Position numbers and translations under genes: made by a program. Shown here piece after piece: positions 11,526 through 24,174 of a DNA stretch of 64,000 nucleotides; positions within the stretch are counted from its first letter, which is position 1, and the number at the start of each line of letters is the position of its first letter. The stretch comes from Macrostomum hystrix (taxonomy: Eukaryota; Animalia; Platyhelminthes): the NCBI GenBank assembly GCA_950097015.1, contig CATNEN010000001.1, forward strand, positions 8,246,001 through 8,310,000, read 5' to 3'. Under the pieces are notes generated by a model. The model was not told where the DNA came from. It worked only from the letters and a program-made list of their open reading frames with translations, and ran no database searches.

Positions 11526-12829
11526 GGTTGCTTTAAAAGTTTGAAACTTTGAGAACGACAAGAGGTTAGGGGAGCGTAAAGATAAGCTAGAGCTTTAATA
11601 TATGTCAGATCAAACTGCACGGCCCAGACAGTGGGAAGGCTCGTCGCGCGCTCATTGGTTAGTTATGAAAAATCCTCTAACCACCGATAGCTACCGATTG
11701 TGCCATTGGCGCCGAATAGCTTCCGAATATTCGTATTGCAGCAATTGAAAGTGCGTTGAAAGTGAGACTAAGACTACGACTAATACTAAGACTGAGTCTG
11801 CGACTAAGACTAATACTGAGACTAAGACTAAGACTAATATTTAGACTAATACTAATATTAAGACTAATACTAATGTTGTACCTGTGGTAGCGTGGCACAC
11901 ACAATTGGTAAAATTACCAAGACAGGGCACTAGATTCAGAGAGGATTTTGTACCGGCCTCAACACTGTTGTTTCCTAGCAGTAAAACAACCTGGTAGTCA
12001 GGCTTCAATTGCTAAGTTTCCTCGTATTTTTACTGAGTTAGCCTATGTTCTACTAACTCCCGTGACCTTGTACTGAAACGGACGACACACTATGCTTTTA
12101 AATGCAGTGTATGGTCTAGTTTGCAAATACAGACGGTAAGCACAAACGCATGAAGAAATTTTAGTCCACACAGTGCCATCAATATAAAGAAATAGTGCTA
12201 CCATGATACCAACACCATCTCAAGGATTCGTCGGACTGTGCTCTACTTATAGTAGGAGCATTTGAGCGTTGTTCTGCCAGTCTTCCTCCGAACTTAAGCG
12301 ATTGCACCATGGTGTGCAATGTGACTCAGTGCGCAGACAGAGCTGGAACGAGAAAGAGAAAGAGGAGGGGGTGGCGAGCGGAGGTGACAGTGCACGGGAA
12401 AACACTAACTACCTACACCCCGCCCTCCCACAGACCTAGGACAGCCTGACTCACGGATTGTTTGGAGGCTGCTCAGCAGTCTACAGCACATCACTCTCCT
12501 CCAGCTAAAGGATGACGGTCAACACCGGCTGGCCGTCAGCCGCACTTAAACCAAAATCGGGTAAGCACTTCGTTTATTTCTTTCTTCAATAATGGCGCAC
12601 CAAACTTAAAAATAAAACTACATAAACAATGACAATCTTTAATGGCGCACCAAAATTCACACAGTAAAAAGATGGAAACTACCACCGGAATAACAATAGA
12701 AAAAACCAACTGGATAAACATGCACAATTCGTACTAAAAACAAACAGAAGGAGAACACACCACATAGGGACCAGTAAAACAAACTAATAACGTAACGAAC
12801 TAGCAAATAAACGAGCATGGCACATGAAA

Positions 12830-13820
12830 ACTGTGCCAGTGGAGCGGAGTGGTCTCGCCTGCGGTCTCTCTTGGTAGTGCTCTTCTCGCAGCACCTGGTA
12901 CCTCTCGAGCTTGTCCCGGGCACAATTGACCGCCTGGTCTATGCGCTCCTGGAACTGTCGGAGATAATCTGGCAGGTCTGCGTACTCAGCCAGTGCAGTC
13001 AGCGTGTTGTCGACAGGCAGCCTGTACTCCCGTCCGAAGACCAGGAAGTACGGCGTGTACCCGGTCACAGGGTGGACACTGGTGCGCAACGCGATTAAGC
13101 ACGCGGGCAGCATCAGGTCCCAATCCCTGTGATCTTTCTCCAACAAACACGTGAGCACTGACTTAATCTGGCGATTCAGATTTTCGACCTGGCCATTGCT
13201 GGCCGGGTTATATGGACACGTGTGCGTGTGACGGATGCCTTACAGCTTGCAGAAGTCCTCAAACTCTGCACTCATAAAGTTCGTCCCTTGGTCCGTGTGC
13301 AGCCAGGCTGGTGCACCGTACTCGGGAATGAACCTATCTAGCAGCAGTTTGATCACTGTCTTAGTCTTCTGGTTTCGCATCGGATAGGCAAACGGGTACT
13401 TCGAAGTTGCATCACACAGGGTGAGGATGTACCGATGTCCTCGGGCACTTGGTTGTGACAAAGGCCCGATTACGTCGGCGTGCACCCTTCCCAAGACCTC
13501 ACACACTGGAAAGCTCTGCGGTGGCACCCTCTCCTTCCGCCTTGTCTTGCTCTCCAGGCATGTCCTTCAACGCGCTACGTACCCCGTCGCCTCCGACCAG
13601 AGACCGGGTCTCCAGAACCTGTCTTTAACTCTCTGCACTGTCTTGGACTGGCCGTGATGACCCGCCAAAGGTGACTCATGCAAGGCCTCAAAGACGCGCG
13701 AGTCTAATGCTTTCGGTAGCACTGTTCGCGGCGGCCGGTTATCATCAAAGTCAATGACGAGCAACCCGTTGCGCACCTCCAGCTCCTCAAATGCACCCAG
13801 CAGGTCTCTGACCTCCTTCG
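12830..13820 (-). pseudogene. Gypsy/Ty3 integrase fragment
   Basis: LHESPLAGHHG (HHCC), HADVIGPL, HTDQGTNF, PYNPASNGQVE, TGYTPYFLVFGR; in-frame stops at 13567 and 13240; truncated at both ends. Confidence 0.92.
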
Positions 13821-14539
13821 AATTGTAGCAAAGCAGGCAAGCAAAGCAAGTGAGCAAGTGCAGGAACACGAAGCAAGGATTGCTCGATAAATATGTTGTT
13901 TATCATGCTAAGGTAAAGCTATAAGAAGCTAAACATTTAGGCTGTGCATCAAGCTAATAAATAAATATGAGTGAAATAAAGGAAGACAACAAGCAAAGAT
14001 GTATTCCAAAATATTCTGAAAATGCATGACTCAAATGCATTTGAGTAGCTGATGACTCAATTGCGTCCCTCAAAAATGCGTCTGAAATGACGAAGTGGGA
14101 GGTTTCGAGGTGTGTTAGCAGCTTGTTTTTGGACAGCATGAAGGTGGAGTGAGGGGTTTGTCTTCGTACGCAGTTGCTATCTGCTTCTTTAAATTTGCAG
14201 ATAAACTTGCTATAAAGCTTGGAGGATGGCTCATGCAATTTTCTGGTTAAACACGAACACGACAAGACACGACACATGACATTATGGCTAAAATCATATT
14301 GAATGTGAGTACATTTTGTTACGTTGTAATATTGCATTAGCATTGTAGTGTGACAATCGCAGTTTGATAAATGGCGATGTAATGGCTAAAAGTAAATATT
14401 GTTTTACCGGAGTCAATGAAAACTTACACCTGCAAACGGGTATAATTGCACGCTTGGCTCTTATTTAAGGAATTAACGATTAAGGATTAAGAATTAAGGA
14501 ATAAAGGTATCACATATAGGTAGCTTAGACAAACCTTAT

Positions 14540-14701
14540 TTATTTATTCGCCGATGAGGGAGAGCACCGGGGCACCTTCGGCGGCGTGAAATTGGTGGCC
14601 GCCCCGGCCCCTCCCTTCTCCTTCCACCACTGGACTTTGCCTGCCACCGTGGTGGGCAGCAGCTTCCAAGGGCTGCTCCTGCTCGGAGTCTGCAGCTGAT
14701 G

Positions 14702-14770
<69 letters not shown>

Positions 14771-14800
14771 ATTATCCATGCTACTCGACTTATTATCCAT
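14540..14800 (-). CDS. putative polyQ micro-protein, copy 1
   Basis: PWxLLPTTV...KVQWWKEKGGAGAATNFTPP is shared with 31124-31390, with in-frame indels and the same stop position. No homology recognised. Confidence 0.35.
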
Positions 14801-17131
14801 AAGCAGTAGAATCTAGTAGAAACTAGTAGAAACTATAGAAACTATATAGTAGAAACTAAGTAGAATCTCCGAATTCTCTGAAAATTAAAAAGTAAATAAG
14901 TAAAAGTAAATGTAAAGCAAAAGTAGAAGTGAATAAGAGTAAAATGAGTGTATCAAATGGTGTTTAAAATGTACAAATAGATTTAAGGTAGTTAAAAGGA
15001 TGGTAAAAGTGTATAGCTTGGTTTCACTAGCTAGAGAAACCTAGCTTTTAGCTCAATGCTCCTGAGCTGCAGCTCATTGCTCATGGATAATGTCAGAGCC
15101 ATTTCAGCTAAAAGCTTAAAAGAAAAGTGAAATGTGGCTACAAATAATTGAAGAGCCTGAAAAGAATTATGGATTCAATAAAGTGAAAGCTGTTAAAAGG
15201 ATGGTAAAAACTTAGCAAACTGCAGTGAGGGATAGTACATCTTAACAGGTCCTTATCACACAAGCTGGAATGGTGGCTTTGCTTGCTATCTTCAGGCTGG
15301 CATCTGAGAACTGGTAAGGCTTGGCTAATCATTTGTTGTAAAGTGTTTGCTAGGTACCCAACCCAAAATTGTTGGTTAGCTCCTGCAAAGCAATAACAAT
15401 TGATCCCAATGTACACTAGAGTTATATAACTTTGCTATGAAATTTCCTTATAATGACTATTTATTTATCAACTTTATTTTAACAGGTCTTTATCACACTG
15501 GCTCACTAGCTGGAATTGTGGCATCTGGTTGTCTTCACTCTCATGGCATAGCTAAGGGCATATAAGAACTAATCACTTAGGATTAAAAGCTATGGTAAGT
15601 GCTTGAGTACATTATCATTTTTAGTGTTAGCCCAACACTGTACATTTATGCTCAAGCCCCGTACATAGTTCATACTAGCCCTGTGTAATTCCCCAATTGT
15701 GGTCCTATTTAACCTATAGAGCAACATTCCTCTATCATATCTTATCAGCATTCTGCCCATTCTTGCCTAGCTATAGATCTAAATACAAACAGCAAACCAA
15801 CTGTCTCACCTCTCACACCTAACAGGACAAAAAGAGCCTATCTAACAGGACAAGAGTCCCAAGAATCTGAGTCTGGTGTTGAAGCTGAATGGCCAACAAT
15901 CAACAACAGCCTGCTGAGTGCCAACCAAAAAGACATGATTGACTAACTGTGAATAAACTAATATTGTTCTGAATGCCTTTATGAATATTGATTAAACTGA
16001 GGCCCTGTTTTTATCCCTAGTAGATATTTCAAATTTTGCCTATTTAGACAAACACAGAACTTGAGCTGCTTTAAGAGACTTAATGGTAAAATAGTAAAAA
16101 ATGTGCCTTCTGTAAAAACTGTAGCTACAGTGCATAAATAATTAAAAACACACACAAACTTCATAAGAACACACTTTGCTGCTATATTCATATAACATAT
16201 ACTCTAAATACAAATGCCAACTCAAATAATTATGAGATGGCTGAAATTCCTAGCAATTATAAATGCTTGAAACAATAATTAACTTTGCAAAATAAACTTT
16301 TCCTATGTTTCGTGAAGAAATGGCAGGAAAAAATCTCATGAGTCTGTATTTATTTCGTCTTGTTTAATTAATTTCAGTGTCAACTTTGTTGATCGGTTTG
16401 AAATTCACACGTGCATTACATACCAGTTTAACGGAGAAGTGAAAGCGAAAGTGAAAACGGAGGTTTGCATTGCATTGCAGCTTAAAAAGTTATTTGCTCG
16501 AGCCAAAATAAACGTAATTCTCAAATTCTATGTCTGAAATATGTTTCTGATTTTCTAACTATTGCTGTGTGACTGGCTTTTTGAAGGGCAAAAACACTTT
16601 TTGACTGGCTGTTGTTAAGCCAAAGTGGCGTCAAGACTGACAATGCCGTAGGAAATTAGCGCTGTACACTGTGAAAGTTTTAACTACAACTATGTAATGC
16701 TGCTGCAATTACAATAATTGTCACATTCTCAATCGCAATCTCAAAGAGAACAACGTCTCAGAGAACTTTAAGCCCGTCAGAACTTCAGAATAAAGCCGCC
16801 TGTCCACCTGTGTTGACAGTCATTTTTTAATTCACACGCTCGCTGCAACGAGCTTTTTTGTGAACTCTAATTGTTGAGAGGTCCTCAAAGAATTGGTGAT
16901 ATTTCTTGTTTACTTATGAGGTTTGTTTTTAGAGATAAGGCACATTTGGGAGAATCTAGGCTGAACATGACAGCTAAAACTTCATTTCACGAGTGAAGCG
17001 GGGATAGAGGAAACAGGAAGCCGGGGGTTGGCGGTGGGGGTGTACTTATAAACTCGTGCGGCGGCCGGTCGATGGCAAAATTTTGAGCTCCGAATTAAAA
17101 AAACAGACGAACCACACGCCCAGTAGAGTTG

Positions 17132-17659
17132 ATGGAGCATAGGAGAATCAGCAAGCAGGTGATGGAGCGGCAGCGCAGAGCCAGAATTAATTCCAGCTTC
17201 GAAAAACTCATACAGCTGCTGAAGGCCAACAAGGTGATAAAACCGTACCGGCTTCAGCGTCTAGAGAACGCCGAAATCCTGGAGCTGACTGTCGAGCTGC
17301 TGCTGAATGGCTCAGCCAAGACTCAATCTGCGGCCATAAGCTTCTGCTGCAAGTCTTGGGCCTCATCAACGGTGTCGGCTTTGTCTACTGACGAAGAATC
17401 TAGCCAGTCGATGGACCAGCATCAGCAGCAGCAGCAGCAGCATCAGCATCAGGATAAAGCCCAGCCTGTTTGGCGTTTAAATGGCTCAGCCAAGACTCAA
17501 TCTGCGGCCATAAGCTTCTGCTGCAAGTCTTCGGCCTCATCAACGGTGTCGGCTTTGTCTACTGACGAAGAATCTAGCCAGTCGATGGACCAGCATCAGC
17601 AGCAGCAGCAGCAGCATCAGCATCAGGATAAAGCCCAGCCTGTGTGGCGTCCTTGGTAA
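17132..17659 (+). CDS. Hairy/E(spl)-like bHLH-WRPW protein, copy 1 (intronless, duplicated C-terminal segment)
   Basis: RRISKQVMERQRRARIN...RLENAEILELTVE bHLH; terminal WRPW*; TATAAA at 17047; 174-bp internal duplication (17306/17480). Confidence 0.85.
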   Translation: MEHRRISKQVMERQRRARINSSFEKLIQLLKANKVIKPYRLQRLENAEILELTVELLLNGSAKTQSAAISFCCKSWASSTVSALSTDEESSQSMDQHQQQQQQHQHQDKAQPVWRLNGSAKTQSAAISFCCKSSASSTVSALSTDEESSQSMDQHQQQQQQHQHQDKAQPVWRPW

Positions 17660-20600
17660 CCGGCCCCTGGCAACAGCATGCGGCATTACAAGTCAACTTA
17701 GTGAACTTGTTTCATTATTTTTCGTTATTCAGTTGTGCTCAGTGCTCATGTGCTCATAAATATATGTGTGCTCGTATGCTCATAATTGTGTTCAGACCTG
17801 TAGACGCTGCACTTTTACGGCCTTCCGGTTGGTCTTTCTTGACGTGCTTGGTGTCGTGGAGCTGCTGCTTTCTCTTCCTTGAGATTCTATGATGAGAATC
17901 TAAGATGAAAACTAGGATGAGAATATAAAATGAGAATATAAAATGAGAATCCAGGATGAGAATCGTAAAGACAATGCAACTCGGATACCTGCGAAATATA
18001 CTGCATCTCACTACCGCACTTCCTCTCACTCTGCTGCATCTCGCTACCACACTTCCTCTCACCCTACTGCATCTCACTACCACACTTCCTCTCACCCTAC
18101 TGATCTCCCTCTCACCCTACTGATATCCCCCACAGAAATGATTTCCTACACGACTGAGTTGGTTTTGATGTGGAGTGTGCTGCGGGAATCGAGTGGGAAT
18201 GTGAGCCAGCATAATTTTTCAAATTTTTAAGTACCTAATAATTGCGACCCACATAGCAGCTGGCCGCAAACACGATCATTAATCTTAGGGCCGTGTTTGG
18301 GGCGGCGGTGAATTAAGTAGCCGTCGAATCCCCTCTCCCTGGATCTGTCTAGACCCCTGTAGGAATGACTGATCGCGGCCACAGCTTTTATTGTATGAAT
18401 AGTTTAGGTCATAATTCCCCTCCAAACCGCGATCAGATATTGGGAATCACTCGGGCATTATGAGTGATCATAAATTCTTCATGTCCCCACTTCTTTACAG
18501 TATTCGAGTATTCGAGCTAAATTGGGTTCATTGCATAATAGAACTGAGATCATTGCTTAGCTAAATTGGGTTCATTGCATAATAGAACTGAGATCATTGC
18601 ATAACTAAATTGAGATCCTCGCATAACTAGATTGAGATCATTGCATAACTAGATTGGGATCAAGGCAAACCAGAATAGGATCGGATACAATCGGATCCCA
18701 ATTTAGTTGTGCCATGAAAGTTAATAAGTAATAGTGAAATTAATGTAGGTAAATATTAGGTGAATATATAGCAGGTTGGCTGCATATCAATGGGCCTTGA
18801 GATTGTGGTTGAAATAACGTGTTCGCTGCTTTTTCACGATTCAGAGGTTCTTCCACTCTAAAACTGAGGGTATGCAGCCATGAGAGGTTTGAAGCAGCTT
18901 CAGCAAACCTAGAGACTATTGTGATAGCTAAGCTTTTTGTGTGACGTTGAGTGCGTGAACTTAACTTGCCCCAGTGAATGCCTCTGACCAGCAGTGCAGA
19001 GTAAAGCAAGCCAACAAGCAGTAGGATTGACACCATTATTCTTGCAGTCAAATGCAATGAACTGTGCAATGATACTGTCTTGTTGGCGGAGCCTTCTGCA
19101 AGTTCATCATGTTTACTGTTTGTGGGTAATATTTTTAGGTGCAATGCAATTTTTTCTTTTTTCATTGAATTGAATTCTCTACATTTGGAGTTTGTTTTCT
19201 TATAACGTCATAATGATAGGTATTTGTATAATAATAATTTTGCCAGATGCTCACTCAATTGTTGTTGTTTTGTTTTCAATGTGTTTTGCAATTGAAGAAA
19301 TACAAAAAGCGTTTCAGTGGACTAAGACCAGTCCCATGACTCATGAATCTGCACACCTGGTACCTGCCTTATTCTATTTTAAAAGATAAATTGTCAGGCA
19401 TGCATTTATAATGAAGAATGATACAAAATGGATTACTAAGAAAAGAGGTCATGAGAAATAGGATCTGATCAGAACTGGAATCATTAAGAAAAAGAAAGGA
19501 GATTAGAAATTGATCCATTGATATTTAATTAGCCATTGATATTAGCTAACCATTTTGAACTATCAAAATGGGATCTAATTTGAAATAGACTTTTATGTCA
19601 TAAAGGATTTGATTCAAAATAAGATTTGACAATGTGAATGAGGCATATAAGAAAAAGAGAAGTCTGCTGAGGAGTGTGACTAGAAAAGAAAGGGGGGAAT
19701 TTAGCATGATAATATATTAAAAGTGTCAAACCAAAGGTCGAAGGATGTAGCTCCAGTTGCTTTTGCAAAGTCCATTCACAATAAGATAGCTGCATTGAAC
19801 TGACTCTTCAAGTCATTTAATATAATAAGAGGGGCCTCATTCAAGGGCAATAGTTGCAATGCTGAGCTACTTATTGTTCGGAACATTGCAGTCGCAGTTA
19901 GTACGATGAGCAGGGCTAAAAAATTCACTTACAAATAAAGAAAGTATAAAATTTGTCTGGATGTGTATAAAACTGTAGTTCACATGAGCAATACAAGCAA
20001 CAAGAAAATCGGAATAAAGCAAGTCATTTCTCGGAAAGTCGCAATTTCTTGGAATAACATTTAATTTATTTTCAGTAACAACTAAAAAAGTGCTCTCAAC
20101 AGTTTTATGAATAAAATAAATAAGATAATTTTTATCAAACACATTGACATATACAGGGCTCTAAACTAGAAAACTGTAAAAAGTTGATAGTTTTGTTTTA
20201 CCTAAAATGCGTTATTAACTATCTCCAAAATTCCTATTTTAAGCTTAAGCTTAAGAAAGACACTTAAAGTACTCCTGCTAAATGGTATATATTAGACGAA
20301 TATTAATTATTTCTGCTCCCCGAAGGGGGGCAAAACTTGCTAGTTCTATCTTATATAATATACTAAAAATGAAATGCTTGCTTGGTTGCTTGTAATTGAT
20401 TTTCTCCCAAACGGCTCAACCAATTTTCACCATTTCTTCACCAAAAGATGCCAAATATAGGGACAATTATACACGTATTTTTATTAAGCTTAACTTTATT
20501 GCTAGGGGGATTAAATATTCGAAAAACATGATTTTTTCAAAGGTTAAACCATCTTGGCCTATTGAGAATTTTACTCACTGCCACTGAATTAGAATTGCAT

Positions 20601-20944
20601 CGTCAAATTGCGCAACAACCCTTAGCTGATTGAATTTGAAGCCTGCACTCTGGAGACAAACTAGAAATAAATGTACACAACCAACCGCGAGACTGAGTGT
20701 ACTCTATTTTCTTACTTCATTGTACAAAGCCAGAACTTTGAAAATTCATTTTATAAAGCTGATTTTTGCACCCACTAACCAACAGTCGAAATAGCCGATG
20801 TGTAGGCACTAGGAATAGGTTAGGATAGGCTAGGGTTCGATTCTGCACTGCGTCAAATCATTTTAGAATAATTTTCAGCCATTAGTGATTAAAGATTATT
20901 TAAATTTATTTTTTTCATTTCGTAAATGAAATATTATAAATCAT

Positions 20945-21195
20945 AGCAAACCAGAGTTTGAATCATGGCAAAACCAGAGTTTGAATCATGGCTAAACCAG
21001 AGTCCGAATCATTGCTAAACCATAGTTTGAATCATGGCTAAACCAGAGTCTGAATCATGGCTAAACCAGATCTTGAATCATGGCTAAAACAGAGCTTTAA
21101 TCATGGCTAAACTAGAGTCTGAATCATGGCTAAACCAGAGTCTTAATCATGGCTAAACCAGATCTTGAATCATGGCTAAACCATCGTTTGAATCT
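20945..21195 (+). repeat. 23-bp minisatellite (gaatcatggctaaaccagagtct)
   Basis: Also at 38010-38320 and 59728-61672, and inverted in RepHel intron 4 (~41760-41840). Confidence 0.9.
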
Positions 21196-21395
21196 ACAGC
21201 AAAAGCTACACGAAACACTTTTTTATCCAGTAAACATAATTCTTTATTTATTCTTTATTTTGTATATTCTTTATATTTATAGAACGAAGTCGATCGCACG
21301 AAACTAACAAGGCAACACAGCCGTGTGCAAACCGAGCGAGCTGACCTCCGTGACCGCCTGGCGTCATATATAGACTTTATATTTAAAGTCTTTCT

Positions 21396-21438
21396 TTATT
21401 TGCGCTGCTGCTGCTGTTGCTGCTGCTGCTGTTGCTGT

Positions 21439-21497
<59 letters not shown>

Positions 21498-21729
21498 CCG
21501 CATCTTGGCGAGGTCCGGACACCGGGCCACTGTGTGGCCTCCCCCGCAGAGATAACAGGCCACTGTTAAGTTTGGAAAGTGCAATTTTACTCAACAGGGG
21601 GTTTCGAAAGACGTAATTACAATATAATGAGACTTAGAAATGAGACTTACAAGTTTTTCGCTGGCCACCACCACGGCCTCCCCGCCGCCTGCCGCCGCCC
21701 CCGCCGTAGAAGTTTTGCGTGAACTTCAT
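21396..21729 (-). CDS. two-exon RGG / zinc-knuckle / polyQ micro-protein, 81 aa (exons 21729-21651, 21562-21396)
   Basis: Splicing GTAAG...TAACAG gives MKFTQNFYGGGGGRRRGGRGGGQRKTLACYLCGGGHTVARCPDLAKMR(Q31)RK in frame. Confidence 0.65.
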
Positions 21730-22560
21730 TTTCTAAGTATCGAAACAAAGATATCGAAAGTATATCAATTATATATATATATGTATATCGTATCGTATAT
21801 ATATCGTATATATCTTTATGGCTTGTGGTTTGATAGTTTTAGCATCAAGGCCAATTGTGCCAGTTTATATTGCAGCATTTCGGACAACCCCAACTGTGAT
21901 GACTCATGCCAATAGAGGGTGCCATGTAAAGATCAATAATTAGATCTGGCTAACCAATCAGAGAGAGTTTTGTTCTAACATTTCTAATCCACCCACTGGG
22001 CTACTTGTTGTGGATTGCCTTAGCTTTTACGTTCTTTCTTTATGTACAGTGTGGGGTGTCAAAGTCGAGTGTGGTGCGACTTGTTATGTTATCTGCTTTC
22101 GACAAACTTCAATAATAGGACACAAAAACATCTTAAATGTACAGTGTAATTGGGAAGCCAGTGCGGCGTGTGGCTAACGTGGCTAAAAATAGAGGGTTTC
22201 AAGTCAGCCAATAGCAGTAAACTGTATTCAACTAAAGTGATTTCATTAAACTGCCAGTCCAAGCCCCAACCTAGTGCGACTTTTCAGTAATCACAGACAG
22301 CTAAAGCCTCATGACGCTCACCAATGAAGCCTTACACGATTTTAACTGGGGTTGGGGGTGTGTGTCCAAATTCCGGGGCAGAGGGCTCACAATGTTTTTA
22401 AATGAATTTATAAATATAATACATCATAGCTTGTCCGAAATGCTGCTATATATACAGGCACAATTGGCCTTGATGCTAAAACTATCAAACCACAAGCCGT
22501 AAAGACCTTATCAGTGAAATTTTTATAATCCATATTTTTGACAACTATCAATCGAGCAAT

Positions 22561-23952
22561 ATGGAGTCAACCGAAGGAGCCAAGAAAAGCAAAGCGTGTA
22601 TCTCTGCTCTGCTTCCGGGCCTGATGCACGCTGCAATCGTTGGCCTCGTAATGAGGCTGTCCAAAATCAAGGACTTTAAAGGCAAAAGAGGACCAGGCCA
22701 AGTGTTTTCCTTTATCCTCTGTGACGACACCGGCGATATACGTGTAAGCGTGTTCGGAAAGGATCTTAAGCCTTTCCTGGAGGTGTGTCGTGAGGGCGTC
22801 GCCGTCCGCATATCCGGCGGCTGGGTGAAGAAGGCGGATCCCAGGTACAGCACTACAGACAATGAGCATGAGCTAACAGTTTCAATTGACCAAAGTGGAA
22901 CCATTGTGAGGACCCTCGAGACCGTCACTCGACGTGCACCGGGCTATAAGAAGATAAAAGAGATTTCGGACTGTGAAATGAAAATGTAAGTTAACTTGTT
23001 GCAATTGTTAAAAATAAATGGAAAGGATTTGGAATATATATTCGTACTAATTGTTAGGTTAGCCAATTATTTCTAGGAAAACTTATTTAAATCAGTCAGT
23101 GAAGTTGCTTAGTGAATGAGTTAATGCATTCTAGTAAATTCACCATTTGCCTCACATATCTCAGGAATGTTAACGTCTATGGCACGATTTCTGCTGTCCA
23201 GAAACCAACGGAAGTTAAAACCGGTTCCGGAAAACTTGTCAACCTGGCGAAAGTGACGCTTGTTGATCAGTCTGGGTCCTCCGTGTCGTGCACATTTTGG
23301 TCCAGCTCTACTGCCCAAGTGAATGACTGGTCTGTGGGCGACGTTCTAGCGATTCATGGTGCTCAAGTCCAGGAATATTCTCAGACAATCAGTCTCGGAT
23401 GTTCGAAAGCGGAAATTCAGCATTGGCCAGAAGACTCTGCTGATGTCTCCGACATTACCCAGTGGTACAAGGATGCGGTTTCTAGCCAACAGTGCTTCGA
23501 GGAGCTACGCGTGACGCAAAGCTCCCAGCGGGAGAAAAATGCTATCCGTAACGACGAAATGGTATTGCAGTACCCAGAGCGAATGTTCAACCAATTCGAT
23601 GAGGTGCGAAGAATTAGAGTGCGATTTGGGGACAAAGAGGTAAGTTTATTTTATTTCGTGTGGGTTAAAAGTAACATGATGTCAGAGAACCTACTAAAGA
23701 AGCATTAAGTGATTGACTGCTTAGATTCATTATTAACTGGTTCGATGAGGCCTTTTGTCTCTAAAGATTACGTTTATGCATTTAAAAAACAATAATAAAA
23801 AAATTAATTAGGTATATATAAATTTCCTTTCACAGGTGACTTTTTCTCGAGATCAAATCTACAGGAGTCAGCAGATACCGGCTATGTCAACCCCTAAGGC
23901 GCCCAATGTGTCCGAGAAGCCTGGACCATCACATGATTACATGGACGAGTAA
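22561..23952 (+). CDS. RPA70-like tandem OB-fold ssDNA-binding protein, copy 1, 338 aa (exons 22561-22985, 23165-23639, 23836-23952)
   Basis: FSFILCDDTGDIRVSVFG (DBD-A-like) and VTLVDQSGSSVSCTFW (DBD-B-like); three GT-AG exons splice in frame; same structure as the copy at 48517. Confidence 0.88.
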
Positions 23953-24174
23953 GACTTGAAAGACTAATGAAGATGCAATTAACGTGAGTATTGCTTGTGT
24001 ACATGTTTGTCTGCCAGTGTCGCATTGGTATCTGTGTTTAATAGTGATCACAAGCAGTTTCTCCTGATATGTATAAAATGGCCCGATGAGACATATCAGG
24101 CAAATCCTGCTTTATTCACCTAATAAATTCAAATTAGATGAGATCATAATGGAATTGGGATCAGGGATTAGCTG

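Larger units (their letters stand above)
13820..20343 (+). mobile_element. Helitron array unit 1 (right part only)
   Basis: Collinear with ~30416-37403; ends in hairpin gctcccc-gaa-ggggggc (20315-20331) followed by CTAG (20340-20343). Confidence 0.8.

Noticed and set aside
16831-16838. TTCACACG as a Su(H)/CSL site upstream of Hes
   Set aside because: Only a degenerate match with no paired-site architecture.
18740-19165. 141-aa ORF repeated at 36578-36994
   Set aside because: Similarity simply reflects the duplicated Helitron right arm; no recognisable domain, and it is absent from unit 3.
20785-20860. Genuine tRNA gene
   Set aside because: No acceptor stem or anticodon arm could be formed; kept only as an A/B-box-like finding.
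24063-24100. SECIS element or hammerhead ribozyme
   Set aside because: Lacks the AUGA/GA kink-turn and the CUGANGA/GAAA cores.
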